Shown here one piece after another: positions 10,005 through 19,145 of a stretch of 36,012 nt of DNA. The number at the start of each line of letters is the position of its first letter. The stretch's first letter is position 1. This DNA is from Neisseriaceae bacterium (GTDB lineage Bacteria; Pseudomonadota; Gammaproteobacteria; Burkholderiales; UBA11063): contig DAHXMX010000001.1 of NCBI GenBank assembly GCA_027371515.1, forward strand, positions 1-36,012, read 5' to 3'. The notes beneath the pieces were generated by a model, which ran no database searches, was not told the origin of the DNA, and was given only the letters and a program-made list of their open reading frames with translations. The translations under genes were made by a program, and so were the position numbers.

Positions 10005-10546
10005 ACGCATTCCTCCAGTAAAAACTCAAATTCATTGTCAGTCATTTCGTCTACACATGGATTTAGTTGTTTATCCATTGCGGTATATTTGGCAAATAGT
10101 GAGCTTAAACTTGCTGATGTCATTGATTTTAGTGCTTTTAGTGTCATAAATACTGCACCATCACCTGGATTTAATGGTGAGGAACTCAGTGCCTTTTCTA
10201 AAATAAATACCATGTTGTAGCGATCAATCAGGTGTGTATAGATACGGCAATATTCTGGTAATTTGTAAAACTCAGCCAAAGCTTTTAAAAAACATTCTTG
10301 TTGTTCATCTTCAGAAATTAAACGCATCGGGAATTCTTTGCTATCATGCTCAATAATAAATTTGGAATGTATGCCACTGCGCATTTGTCGCAATAAATCA
10401 TATTGAGCTTCCAGTTCGCTAAACTTTTGCTCAGGTAACTTATTGTCATCACGTGGATCATGAGCTACTTTCATGGCTTTAATAATTGAATCTGCCTTAT
10501 TGGTATCAGCATCGTTTGGAGTATGTATTTTTTGCATATTGGTCAT
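9908..10546 (-). CDS. Tail assembly chaperone (G-like)
   Basis: Located between tube and tape measure genes; carries a slippery site. Confidence 0.7.
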   Translation of the reverse strand: MTNMQKIHTPNDADTNKADSIIKAMKVAHDPRDDNKLPEQKFSELEAQYDLLRQMRSGIHSKFIIEHDSKEFPMRLISEDEQQECFLKALAEFYKLPEYCRIYTHLIDRYNMVFILEKALSSSPLNPGDGAVFMTLKALKSMTSASLSSLFAKYTAMDKQLNPCVDEMTDNEFEFLLEECVKKPELVSSLSVLQLQRIAHTYIKHLILLQDK

Positions 10547-10548
10547 AA

Positions 10549-10974
10549 TTAATTCACCTCTTGATAAGTTTGTGCTTTAAAGTTCACTGTAGTTGTACCA
10601 ACTTGCCCAACGCCTGCAAAGCCTGCAGAACCACCATCATAAGCAATGTTATTTAGGATATAGGTTTTACCAGCATATTTGCCATTATAGGCATTAGAGC
10701 TAGCAACCACTACCAAAGCAAAGCTGTTGCTCTCATAATCAAGGGCTGAGAAATTGGGTATGGTATTACCTTGATTGGGGATAAATATGTCAACTACTGC
10801 ACTGACTGTGGTATTGCCTCGAGTAAATCCTGGGGTTGAATGGTCAGTAGTCATACCAGGCACATCACTCAAATTCTCATTAATATTAACTGTTATGCTT
10901 TTTATGTTACCTTGGTCGGTAAATGGCACACCATTTAGAGTTATAAAGCCACGTTCTGCATAAAATCCTGCCAT
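10549..10974 (-). CDS. Tail tube protein
   Basis: 141 aa beta-rich protein directly after the sheath; AAGGAG ribosome-binding site upstream. Confidence 0.75.
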   Translation of the reverse strand: MAGFYAERGFITLNGVPFTDQGNIKSITVNINENLSDVPGMTTDHSTPGFTRGNTTVSAVVDIFIPNQGNTIPNFSALDYESNSFALVVVASSNAYNGKYAGKTYILNNIAYDGGSAGFAGVGQVGTTTVNFKAQTYQEVN

Positions 10975-11002
10975 ATCATTTGCTCCTTGTAATTTATTTT
11001 AC

Positions 11003-12940
11003 TTAAGCTGTAGTTGTTGTTTGAGATAAATAGCTCACTACATTTACTGTTACTTCAATTGCATTAAATTCCGGAGTTACACAAACTGGAGTAGTCACAT
11101 CATATTTTGCTGGGTCTTGTATGTCATCGAATATTTGGAACTCTCCGACCAGCTTCGCCATATTGTAAAACATACCTTGGGTTTCAAAAGTAAGAGCTAA
11201 TGGTTGTAATGCATTGATGATGTTATCTTTCAATTGGATTGATTTACGTTTATTGGTAAATGCCGCTTGACTCAATGCTTGAAATACAGATTTTTTCCAT
11301 AAGCCAATTATTTGCCAATCAGATACTGGAAAATACTCAGTATCTGGAACTTCTGTGCCTGGTAAATACAGCAATCCAGTGACGGCTCGTACAATATAGG
11401 CTTGTAATTTGGCATTTACTCCAATTGGCGTCCAACCCAAATTTATTGCCATAGTAATTGAGCTGAGATCATTGAGCACTGTGGTCAAATCTGCCGCAAC
11501 TGGTAATTGCAGGAGTACATTATTGACTGGGTTAAATGGAATATCATTACAAGCAATAATCCCTGCGTAACTACTAGATACCATTGCAGCACTCAGTGGA
11601 TAATCACCAAGCTTTGCAATATATGGATAATAAGCACCAGTTATATACTCAGCTCCAAAAGTAGATGGGTCAAATACTGGTAAGGTATTTGCCTGCTGTT
11701 TTGGTATAGAGATATTGGATACCACCCCAATTGCAAAGAAAGAGCCATTATTAACTGAAGTAGGTGCATTGGCTTTAGCTAAATAGTTAAAAAATGGCAC
11801 AAATTTGGATGTGGGACTACTTATATCTGCTTGGGTATTCACTGCGTATGGGCTAACTGGGTATTGTTTTGCTGTGGTTAATAAGCTAAATACATCTTTG
11901 GTAGCATCTAATGTAATATTGACACTGTCTCCAATTGCAAAGCTGCCAGTAATATTTTGTAATTCAATACCTACGCCACTTGATGTAATACCAGGCAATA
12001 TTTGTACCAATGTGCCAAAATCAGTAGCATCTTTGTTGATTAATGTATTGCCAAGTGCGGTAACTGGAGTTACTCCAAAATTAGCTGGTTGGGTTGCAAA
12101 ATAAATACCAGTATTGCCATTGGGTAAAGTTTGTACTGCACTTATAGTTGCATTGCTGTCATCACTATTCAGATATTGGATTGGTGCACTATTTGGATTA
12201 AATCCTGTGTCCATTGGATTTAAAAAGCTAATACTGACTGTTGGTGTTATGGTATTAACGGTTTGTGGGAAGTTAGTATTGATGCTATTGACTGCGTTAT
12301 ACACCATCAAACAGATTTCATCGGTACGAGCTGGGTCTGGAATATTTATACTGTCATCGATATAGCTGATATTGATTTGTGCAGTTGTAGTGAATGTACC
12401 TTGTACATTGGATAAAACTAGCTGACAAGGGTTAGTAGTTGCAGTTTGCACAGTAGCAGTTGCAGTATTAGCACCATTAATTTGAGCAATAGTAATTACT
12501 TTACTACTACCTACTAACAAATTAAAGCCAATTGGTGCAGCATCCCATTGCAAAGTGGTTGCGGTTGAATCATTTTGTGAGGATAATTTCTTGTATTTGG
12601 CTTTGAGTATTGGCTCATTTGTAGGCGGGATAATTACCTGAGTTGGTGCCGGAAACGTTAGGCTATTGGATAATCCATAATTTGCGGTAAAGCCTAATGA
12701 TTGCATATAGCTAATAGCAGCATCACCACTACTGAAACTTGGTAGATCGTAGGACTGATATGCTGTTAATAATGGATAGTTAGATTTGGGTGTTAATTGG
12801 TAATAGCTGGGTGCCGTACCATTGATTACACCGTTTCTATGGCCAATTAGTAGGATATTGGCATCGGTATTAGGTATACCAATTGCGCCTTGTAGGTTGA
12901 TGTTAATTTTCTTGTTGGGTACTTTGTTGATTATTGGCAT
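11003..12940 (-). CDS. Contractile tail sheath protein with large internal insertion
   Basis: N-terminal ILLIGH; C-terminal PFNPVN, LGWTPI and YIVRAVT motifs of Mu gpL-type sheaths; GGAG upstream of the ATG at 12940. Confidence 0.8.
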   Translation of the reverse strand: MPIINKVPNKKININLQGAIGIPNTDANILLIGHRNGVINGTAPSYYQLTPKSNYPLLTAYQSYDLPSFSSGDAAISYMQSLGFTANYGLSNSLTFPAPTQVIIPPTNEPILKAKYKKLSSQNDSTATTLQWDAAPIGFNLLVGSSKVITIAQINGANTATATVQTATTNPCQLVLSNVQGTFTTTAQINISYIDDSINIPDPARTDEICLMVYNAVNSINTNFPQTVNTITPTVSISFLNPMDTGFNPNSAPIQYLNSDDSNATISAVQTLPNGNTGIYFATQPANFGVTPVTALGNTLINKDATDFGTLVQILPGITSSGVGIELQNITGSFAIGDSVNITLDATKDVFSLLTTAKQYPVSPYAVNTQADISSPTSKFVPFFNYLAKANAPTSVNNGSFFAIGVVSNISIPKQQANTLPVFDPSTFGAEYITGAYYPYIAKLGDYPLSAAMVSSSYAGIIACNDIPFNPVNNVLLQLPVAADLTTVLNDLSSITMAINLGWTPIGVNAKLQAYIVRAVTGLLYLPGTEVPDTEYFPVSDWQIIGLWKKSVFQALSQAAFTNKRKSIQLKDNIINALQPLALTFETQGMFYNMAKLVGEFQIFDDIQDPAKYDVTTPVCVTPEFNAIEVTVNVVSYLSQTTTTA

Positions 12941-13101
12941 GAACAAGCTCCTTAAATTCCTTAAATCTTTTAAACCATTTACATGGATATTAATAAGCCC
13001 AGAATTGAGCTTGCTTAGTTTCCTGTATTTCTAATTAATTGAAATGATAAAATAATGGCTAAATGTTATGTTTTAGTTAACTTCTTTAGGAACAAGATGC
13101 A

Positions 13102-13653
13102 ATGAATAACCCGACTGAAAATGCTATTGATGAATGTTGGACAGATTCTGGCTCAATTCATCCAGAACTTATTGCATCAAGAAATTTAATATACACTCCA
13201 TGCGAATTCAAATGCTCAACACCAATCCCAGAAAGTGAAAGTGCTGAATATGGCGCTTACATTTTTAAATTAAATTCTGCTAATGTAAGATTTCGGGTGG
13301 CTAAAATTACTCCTACAAAAATTGGGCAATTCGTAACACTATGGAAGAGAGTGGAAAATAAATCAATTCAGCCATATGACTTAGCAGATGAAATTGATCT
13401 TTTTATTGTGGTAACACGTAAAGGCGATAATCTTGGTCAGTTTATATTCTCTCAATCTGTCCTACATAAACATGACGTAATCTCAAGCAATAACAATGGT
13501 GGTAAAAGAGCTATTCGTGTATATCCACCTTGGGATGTTGCTGTCAATAAGCAAGCTAAGAAGACTCAAGAATGGCAACTGGAATATTTTTTAGAAATGC
13601 CACAAAATAAGCCAATTGACTATGCAAGAGCGCAGATGCTTTATTCTGTATGA
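13102..13653 (+). CDS. MepB family protein
   Basis: ESAEYGA, FRVAKITPTKIGQFVTLWKR, GQFIF, GKRAIRVYPPW and KTQEWQLEYF motifs characteristic of the MepB family. Confidence 0.9.
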   Translation: MNNPTENAIDECWTDSGSIHPELIASRNLIYTPCEFKCSTPIPESESAEYGAYIFKLNSANVRFRVAKITPTKIGQFVTLWKRVENKSIQPYDLADEIDLFIVVTRKGDNLGQFIFSQSVLHKHDVISSNNNGGKRAIRVYPPWDVAVNKQAKKTQEWQLEYFLEMPQNKPIDYARAQMLYSV

Positions 13654-13671
13654 GTGTGCTCTTTTTAAATG

Positions 13672-14262
13672 TTACGGCTTTAGTGGAATATTCAAGTCAT
13701 ATACCTTAACAATATCAGCTACTTTGCATGGATCAGATACATCAAGTCCATTGTCATTCAGATAATCAAAGTAGCAAGCAATATCCACTTTATAATTCAT
13801 GGTCACTAAAAACATTAGACTATCTTTATCACGTGGATAGAGTGATTCATAATTTGTGGTAATCTTTGTACCTAGTTCCTTGAGTGCAGGCACTGTGAGC
13901 ATAATCGTTGACAGCCACTGTGGATTGCGAGTCAATAAAAATAAACTCTCACCAATTACAATACCAGCTTCGGTTTGTCGATTGCGTATTAGCTTTACTG
14001 GCAAATTAAACTCTAGGTGCAAATTGCCCACTAAATAAGCTAAATCGCCTGTGGTTTCATAACCCAATGAGTACACATTTAATGATGGTAGTATTCGTTC
14101 CTCAGTATCATCACGCCTATATGGAAACACATTGCCGCCAAACAGTTGTCCGAATTTGCCTGAGAGTGGACTATTAAAATAATTGACTACAGATTGCACC
14201 AATAATTGCGAAGGTAGGTTGCAATATAGGCTATATGTGGCCTCATCAATGCGGTCACTCAT
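13672..14262 (-). CDS. Putative tail completion/terminator protein
   Basis: Last neck-region gene before the sheath; LPSLNVY motif; size fits. Confidence 0.5.
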   Translation of the reverse strand: MSDRIDEATYSLYCNLPSQLLVQSVVNYFNSPLSGKFGQLFGGNVFPYRRDDTEERILPSLNVYSLGYETTGDLAYLVGNLHLEFNLPVKLIRNRQTEAGIVIGESLFLLTRNPQWLSTIMLTVPALKELGTKITTNYESLYPRDKDSLMFLVTMNYKVDIACYFDYLNDNGLDVSDPCKVADIVKVYDLNIPLKP

Positions 14263-14701
14263 ATTTTTGCCTTAAAGTGTCAGAGATTACAGCCGCCAAA
14301 TCATTAGTTATTTGATTCAATTCATTCTGGGTCAAATCAATCACGTCACGCCCATGTGTAGCCACAGTGCCAACCTTGGTTTGCTCAAAGCTATTTAACT
14401 CAATATCAAAAACTATTTGTGTGTTACTTTTTATAGTTTGATAATTATTGGCACTAGTGAATGCTTTGAATAACTCACCCTTACGAATATTGATGCTTTC
14501 TGGTGATCGAAATAAATCCTTTTCTCGCTTTTTGCGTGCTATTGTCTGTGGCAATAATGGCGACCACGTATGTGAATTCTCATCAAACATAGTACGTTTT
14601 TGTGCAACAATCTGGCTGATAATATTGTCTTTGTTATCTGTTACAGCATCAATAACAGCTTGTTTGATTGCTGCTTTTGCATTGGTATTATTTATTGACA
14701 T
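14255..14701 (-). CDS. Phage virion morphogenesis (Mu gpG-like) neck protein
   Basis: WSPLLPQTIARKKR...GEL motif typical of this family; likely start MSINN at 14701. Confidence 0.6.
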   Translation of the reverse strand: MSINNTNAKAAIKQAVIDAVTDNKDNIISQIVAQKRTMFDENSHTWSPLLPQTIARKKREKDLFRSPESINIRKGELFKAFTSANNYQTIKSNTQIVFDIELNSFEQTKVGTVATHGRDVIDLTQNELNQITNDLAAVISDTLRQKYE

Positions 14702-15266
14702 AGTAATACCAGAAAGAGCGACCAGGATTATTGAGTCTAGTATTTGCATAATTCAATGCGTTTGTAGTGCTTGTGCCACCAAGAGGTACATTTTTGCCTC
14801 CAGGCAATACGTTGTTGTAATTGATACCATTATTTGCCAAGGCTAATCCTGCAGCTGGAGGGAATAAAAATACTCCATTAGGTTTTTGTTGAAATAGAGT
14901 GCCTTTTAGTGCAGAATATTCAACTTCATAATTGGTTTCGTAAGTATCGCCTCTAACATTAGTATTGCTGCCAAATGCTTGACGTAATGTTTGCAAACAA
15001 GCACGATTAATCAAGCACTTTTTAAGAATAGCTATAGTATTTGCAGGCAATTCCAACCAACTGCCGCCATCGGTTGTTTGCAATGGAATCTTAAAATATG
15101 GCGAGAAATCATGCTCTAGTGCGCTTTCACCAAAAGCAATTAATTCACCGAATAAATCATCAGGTAATCCTTGATTAACACCAGTTGCAAAAGTCACCTT
15201 GCCTTCAAGATATGGTTTCACATCATCAATGGTTAGATAGCGTGGTTGTAGATAATTAGCTGACAT
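14688..15266 (-). CDS. Head-tail adaptor (Mu gp36-like)
   Basis: YLTIDDVK N-terminus, YFKIPL motif, position after the capsid gene. Confidence 0.6.
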   Translation of the reverse strand: MSANYLQPRYLTIDDVKPYLEGKVTFATGVNQGLPDDLFGELIAFGESALEHDFSPYFKIPLQTTDGGSWLELPANTIAILKKCLINRACLQTLRQAFGSNTNVRGDTYETNYEVEYSALKGTLFQQKPNGVFLFPPAAGLALANNGINYNNVLPGGKNVPLGGTSTTNALNYANTRLNNPGRSFWYYYVNK

Positions 15267-15284
15267 GGTTAACCCTATGATGTC

Positions 15285-15551
15285 TTATAAATAGCTTGCG
15301 CGTGTTATGTATTCTGGCTTTAAGAAATCACCACCTTTACGCTCACACATTTTAGTTGAGTATCTACGATATTGTTCATTTGTCCATTTTTGAGCTAATT
15401 CAGTTTCTATTTCTACAATTTCATCAGCTTGGTGAATTACTGGATCAGTAGTTAAACATTTACTTGGTATTGCGCTTGTCATATTAAGACGTACGCGCAC
15501 CTTTGAGTTTTGGTTGTTCTGAGGATTCTTTGCTTGTAGATTCTCTGTCAT
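15285..15551 (-). CDS. Small hypothetical phage protein
   Basis: AGGAG ribosome-binding site upstream; small ORF commonly found after capsid genes; overlaps the capsid 3' end. Confidence 0.6.
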   Translation of the reverse strand: MTENLQAKNPQNNQNSKVRVRLNMTSAIPSKCLTTDPVIHQADEIVEIETELAQKWTNEQYRRYSTKMCERKGGDFLKPEYITRASYL

Positions 15552-16881
15552 TTGTTTGCTCCTTGTTTGATAATATATTATTTGATTTGCTGGTTAAGTC
15601 GTTAGTATTTATTGAGTCATTAGTTGCTAAAACATCTATGATTAATATATTGTTTGGGTTGGCAATGCGTGGTAAACCATTGAACCCAGCAATAATATTG
15701 ACAAATGGATTGCCAACTCCACCACGAGAACCTGGTACTGAACAATCCTCAAGCAATGTATATACTCCAGGTTGTGCATTGAGTAAGCCGCCTTTTTGTG
15801 CGGCTGGGATAAATACAAATTCGCCAAGTGAACCACCATGTGAAGCTGTATCAAAGCCAATTAATATGCGACCATCAGGAATGGTGTATCTACTTACGCC
15901 TAAGTCATCAATGTACATGTCATCTTCAATAACTGCTTGCAGATTACCTGATGGATACATATGTTGCAACCACATATCCATAGTGGCACGTTTGAATATC
16001 GCGGCGTTACCAAAGATGTTTCTTGCCCATTCGTTGTTGTTGATATTATTGAGAAATCCATCAGCAGTGGTTGGATTCATGATTAATTTGCCACCACGCA
16101 TATAGCTACTTCTGAATTTATAAAATGGTGGATATCGATCTAAAATATAGGATAAATCCTGAAACGGCATAGCATTTTGATTAATTGTATTATTTGGATT
16201 TAACCAATTGCCAGATATTGGATGCACAATATTTTCAAGTGGTATGCCATAATTAGCTTGGAAATCAAACTGACCATCAGCCTCATATTCAATTTGGCCA
16301 AGTGTTGCTGCTTGGGCTGTCAACAACTTTTTGCGTGAATAAAGCTGAGTTAATAATCTTAATTCATTGTAAATTAAATAAGTATCCAAACCATTCTCAG
16401 ATATATCTTGTGAGCTTAAATTACGCAAGAACATATCTAGTTCACCAAATGACATGCTGCCAGCGTAACCTGCAGCGCTGAATGTAGTGGACTTAATGTT
16501 CAGTTTTTTAACTTGAGGAATTGGTTGACCCAAAGCTCTTGCTGGTAATAGCCCAGTATTGCCTTCCAAGATTGAGTTAACAATATATGGCATATTGCTA
16601 AATCGCTCTGGAAAGTATTCATCCAAGCTAAAAGTGGAATCCTCGGTTGAACCATAATCTCTGCGAATATTATCGATTACAACCCCATACTGACCAACAC
16701 TAATAGTGCTGTCTGTTGAAAACTGTACTTTTTTAGTTAAGCTACCGGTTTTCTTGATTTCAGCCCTGCCAAACTCAAGCAATTGTCCAATGTCGACAAT
16801 TCCAACTTGTGAGCGAACTTTATCGGCAATCTTTTGTGCCGTAGTTAATAGTTTTTGATCTACTGTCATTTTGTGCTCCAT
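15484..16881 (-). CDS. Major capsid protein (lambda E-like family probable)
   Basis: Follows protease and decoration genes; LIMNPTT, RYTIPDGRIL and GLPRIANPNNI motifs; 465 aa. Confidence 0.8.
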   Translation of the reverse strand: MEHKMTVDQKLLTTAQKIADKVRSQVGIVDIGQLLEFGRAEIKKTGSLTKKVQFSTDSTISVGQYGVVIDNIRRDYGSTEDSTFSLDEYFPERFSNMPYIVNSILEGNTGLLPARALGQPIPQVKKLNIKSTTFSAAGYAGSMSFGELDMFLRNLSSQDISENGLDTYLIYNELRLLTQLYSRKKLLTAQAATLGQIEYEADGQFDFQANYGIPLENIVHPISGNWLNPNNTINQNAMPFQDLSYILDRYPPFYKFRSSYMRGGKLIMNPTTADGFLNNINNNEWARNIFGNAAIFKRATMDMWLQHMYPSGNLQAVIEDDMYIDDLGVSRYTIPDGRILIGFDTASHGGSLGEFVFIPAAQKGGLLNAQPGVYTLLEDCSVPGSRGGVGNPFVNIIAGFNGLPRIANPNNILIIDVLATNDSINTNDLTSKSNNILSNKEQTNDRESTSKESSEQPKLKGARTS

Positions 16882-16910
16882 AAAACTAATATGATATTAT
16901 TTGTACCAGT

Positions 16911-17351
16911 TTATGTACCAATTGCATATAAACCAACTCTATCAAAGACAATCTTGCCACCAATTTGCGCAATTGCTGGTGCAATGTTGTCAGTGCCACC
17001 TTGTTTGCTGAAGTAAATCTGGTTTTGATAGAAAGTTGCACCACCCATTACTGTTTGTACTAGTGATTGACCTTGAGTACCAAGCTTTTGTACATCAGGA
17101 GTTAGGTATTGGTCAGTGAGGATTGTTAAAGCTATGTTTTGTCCACTAGTACCATTTGGGTCATAATTAACACATTGACCTTGGTATTGACCAGAAGTAT
17201 ATTGCGCTAGAATACAACCTGGTTTGTAACCATCGGTATTTGTACTTGGCGCCAATTCCACATCAATAAAATAGGCTAATGATGGATCAGTTGCCCATAA
17301 ATTACTATAGGTTTGCTGTTGCTGAACCTTATTTTGCGGTGCTGGTATCAT
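16911..17351 (-). CDS. Head decoration protein
   Basis: 146 aa, G.ILAQ and YDP.GT.GQ..A..IL motifs, between protease and capsid; GGAGG ribosome-binding site. Confidence 0.7.
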   Translation of the reverse strand: MIPAPQNKVQQQQTYSNLWATDPSLAYFIDVELAPSTNTDGYKPGCILAQYTSGQYQGQCVNYDPNGTSGQNIALTILTDQYLTPDVQKLGTQGQSLVQTVMGGATFYQNQIYFSKQGGTDNIAPAIAQIGGKIVFDRVGLYAIGT

Positions 17352-17361
17352 TGCTGCCTCC

Positions 17362-18738
17362 TTATGGTAACTTTTGTAGAATATCGGTTAGTTTTGAGAT
17401 TTGTGATAGTACACTGAGTTTTAAATCTTCTTTTTTGGCTTTTTCATCTTCGAGGTGTTTTTCTTCAGTTGCAGTAGAGTTAGCTTTTTCAGACGATTCA
17501 CTCAAAGCGGTTTGTTGTATTTCTTCAGCTGCTACAGCTTCATCAGTGAATTTCCTGAGATAACCAATTGCATCATCATTCTTACCATTTTTAAGCATGT
17601 CACATAGTAATGATGCATGTTCACGGGTGAAATGAGGTGTGTTATCACTTGTCTCATTATGCTGCTCTGATAATTGAATACCATTGTCTGCTGGCAATTG
17701 CGCAGATTCTTGAGTATTATTGCCCTTTGATAATTTTAGATTTTCCTGCACCGCACTTGATATTTCTTCGGCAGTTTGCACTAATACAGTTTTGTCTTTG
17801 GACATCACTAATTCCTCCATCTTAAATGCTTGTTTATTTTTGTTGTATACTCGCATATCAATTGCATTGGGTAATAATTTGATTGTGCTAAGTAAAATAT
17901 TGCGATCATTGTCTGAGCTCATATTTAGCAAATTGGTTACTAATAAATCTCGATCCCTTGGGTAAATCTTACCGAACTGTACCAAGCCCAGAACAGAACG
18001 TTCCACAGTTCTTTTATTTCTAATTGCTGATAATTGAATGTTGATGCCATTGATCTCATTATTCACAGCAGATAATTTTTTGCTTAATTCACCAATGGTT
18101 TTAGCGAGCATAGTTTTATCTGGTGCAATCCCATTTTGTGACATCTTAATTATTTGTGCACCATCAATAGCACCATATACAGTAAAGCTAATTTCCTCGA
18201 GTTTATTGGTGTCAGGATAAAATGCCATGCTGATTTGATTAAGAATCCCACCTTTAACTTTATCCACATACTCTTTTGTAGTCACAAATAATTTGCCCCA
18301 GATTTCGCCATAAGTGTCAGAGATATCCTTGAATTCAAGACGACCAAGCACTCTGCCAACTACAAAACTATTGTGCAATGTGTGTTCAGTTGTGACTGGA
18401 GCAAGTGTTACTTCATCGATAGAGAATTCTGGAGTCTTTTTGCATAGGAGTTTCTCAAGAAAGATGCGACCAATTGGATCTTTCTTATTGGTACGGATTT
18501 TGTTGTATTCAGCTTCAACTTCTTTGTTATATGTGGCAACCAGATTTTGTAATTGTTCTTTATTGAGAACTACATTGGTGCCATTGGCATCAGTGAATGT
18601 GCCAACTTTGCATAGCATGGCTGTGGCTATCAAGGACTCATCTTGTTCATGATAAGTTTGTACTTCACCAGTACTACTAAATAAGTATTTGCTGGATTTG
18701 CTGGTACTGTTTTGTGTTGACATCGATAATTGCTCCAT
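17362..18738 (-). CDS. Prohead protease/scaffold fusion (Mu gpI-like)
   Basis: KVGTFTD.NG N-terminus, EH, ISMAF and EISFT segments; acidic coiled-coil C-terminal half. Confidence 0.7.
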   Translation of the reverse strand: MEQLSMSTQNSTSKSSKYLFSSTGEVQTYHEQDESLIATAMLCKVGTFTDANGTNVVLNKEQLQNLVATYNKEVEAEYNKIRTNKKDPIGRIFLEKLLCKKTPEFSIDEVTLAPVTTEHTLHNSFVVGRVLGRLEFKDISDTYGEIWGKLFVTTKEYVDKVKGGILNQISMAFYPDTNKLEEISFTVYGAIDGAQIIKMSQNGIAPDKTMLAKTIGELSKKLSAVNNEINGINIQLSAIRNKRTVERSVLGLVQFGKIYPRDRDLLVTNLLNMSSDNDRNILLSTIKLLPNAIDMRVYNKNKQAFKMEELVMSKDKTVLVQTAEEISSAVQENLKLSKGNNTQESAQLPADNGIQLSEQHNETSDNTPHFTREHASLLCDMLKNGKNDDAIGYLRKFTDEAVAAEEIQQTALSESSEKANSTATEEKHLEDEKAKKEDLKLSVLSQISKLTDILQKLP

Positions 18739-18884
18739 ATAAGAAGCAAGTTTATAGGTAATTTGGTACTTGATTTGTTTCTAATGGTGATTCTAGTTAT
18801 TTTTATGATTTGTAATAGACTATAGTAAAATATCGTCCATATAAAAATAAAGGAATTAACCAATTTAACTATTTATAGGTTTCT

Positions 18885-19145
18885 ATGGCTTCTTATCATA
18901 CTCTTTTAGCATGGCATAATAATGCAAATGCATTACATGCAAGTCCTACAAAACAATGGGCGTACCAGATTCACTTTATAAAAAACACTAAACAATTTGA
19001 GTTAGTATTGACTGATAACTATTCATCAACCAACAATAAGCAAAGTTCAACCCATGCTTCATTGGAGAATGCAATATTTACTGCTCAAAAACATTTTGAT
19101 GATGCAAAATTGATGATTAATGGTAGCAAACCTAATCCCAATTAG
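18885..19145 (+). CDS. Hypothetical protein, opposite-strand insert
   Basis: 86-aa ORF filling the gap between protease and portal; ATAGGT upstream of the ATG; AT-rich upstream region. Confidence 0.6.
   Translation: MASYHTLLAWHNNANALHASPTKQWAYQIHFIKNTKQFELVLTDNYSSTNNKQSSTHASLENAIFTAQKHFDDAKLMINGSKPNPN

Noticed and set aside
60-14262. Interpretation as a tailocin, eCIS or T6SS
   Set aside because: Terminase, portal, protease and capsid genes are present and intact, so this is not a headless system.
15503-16105. 200-aa plus-strand ORF
   Set aside because: Antisense shadow of the major capsid gene, with no recognisable motifs.
18751-18880. TTTATAGGT direct repeat (18751 and 18872)
   Set aside because: A 9-bp AT-rich match is plausible by chance and does not bracket the inserted ORF.
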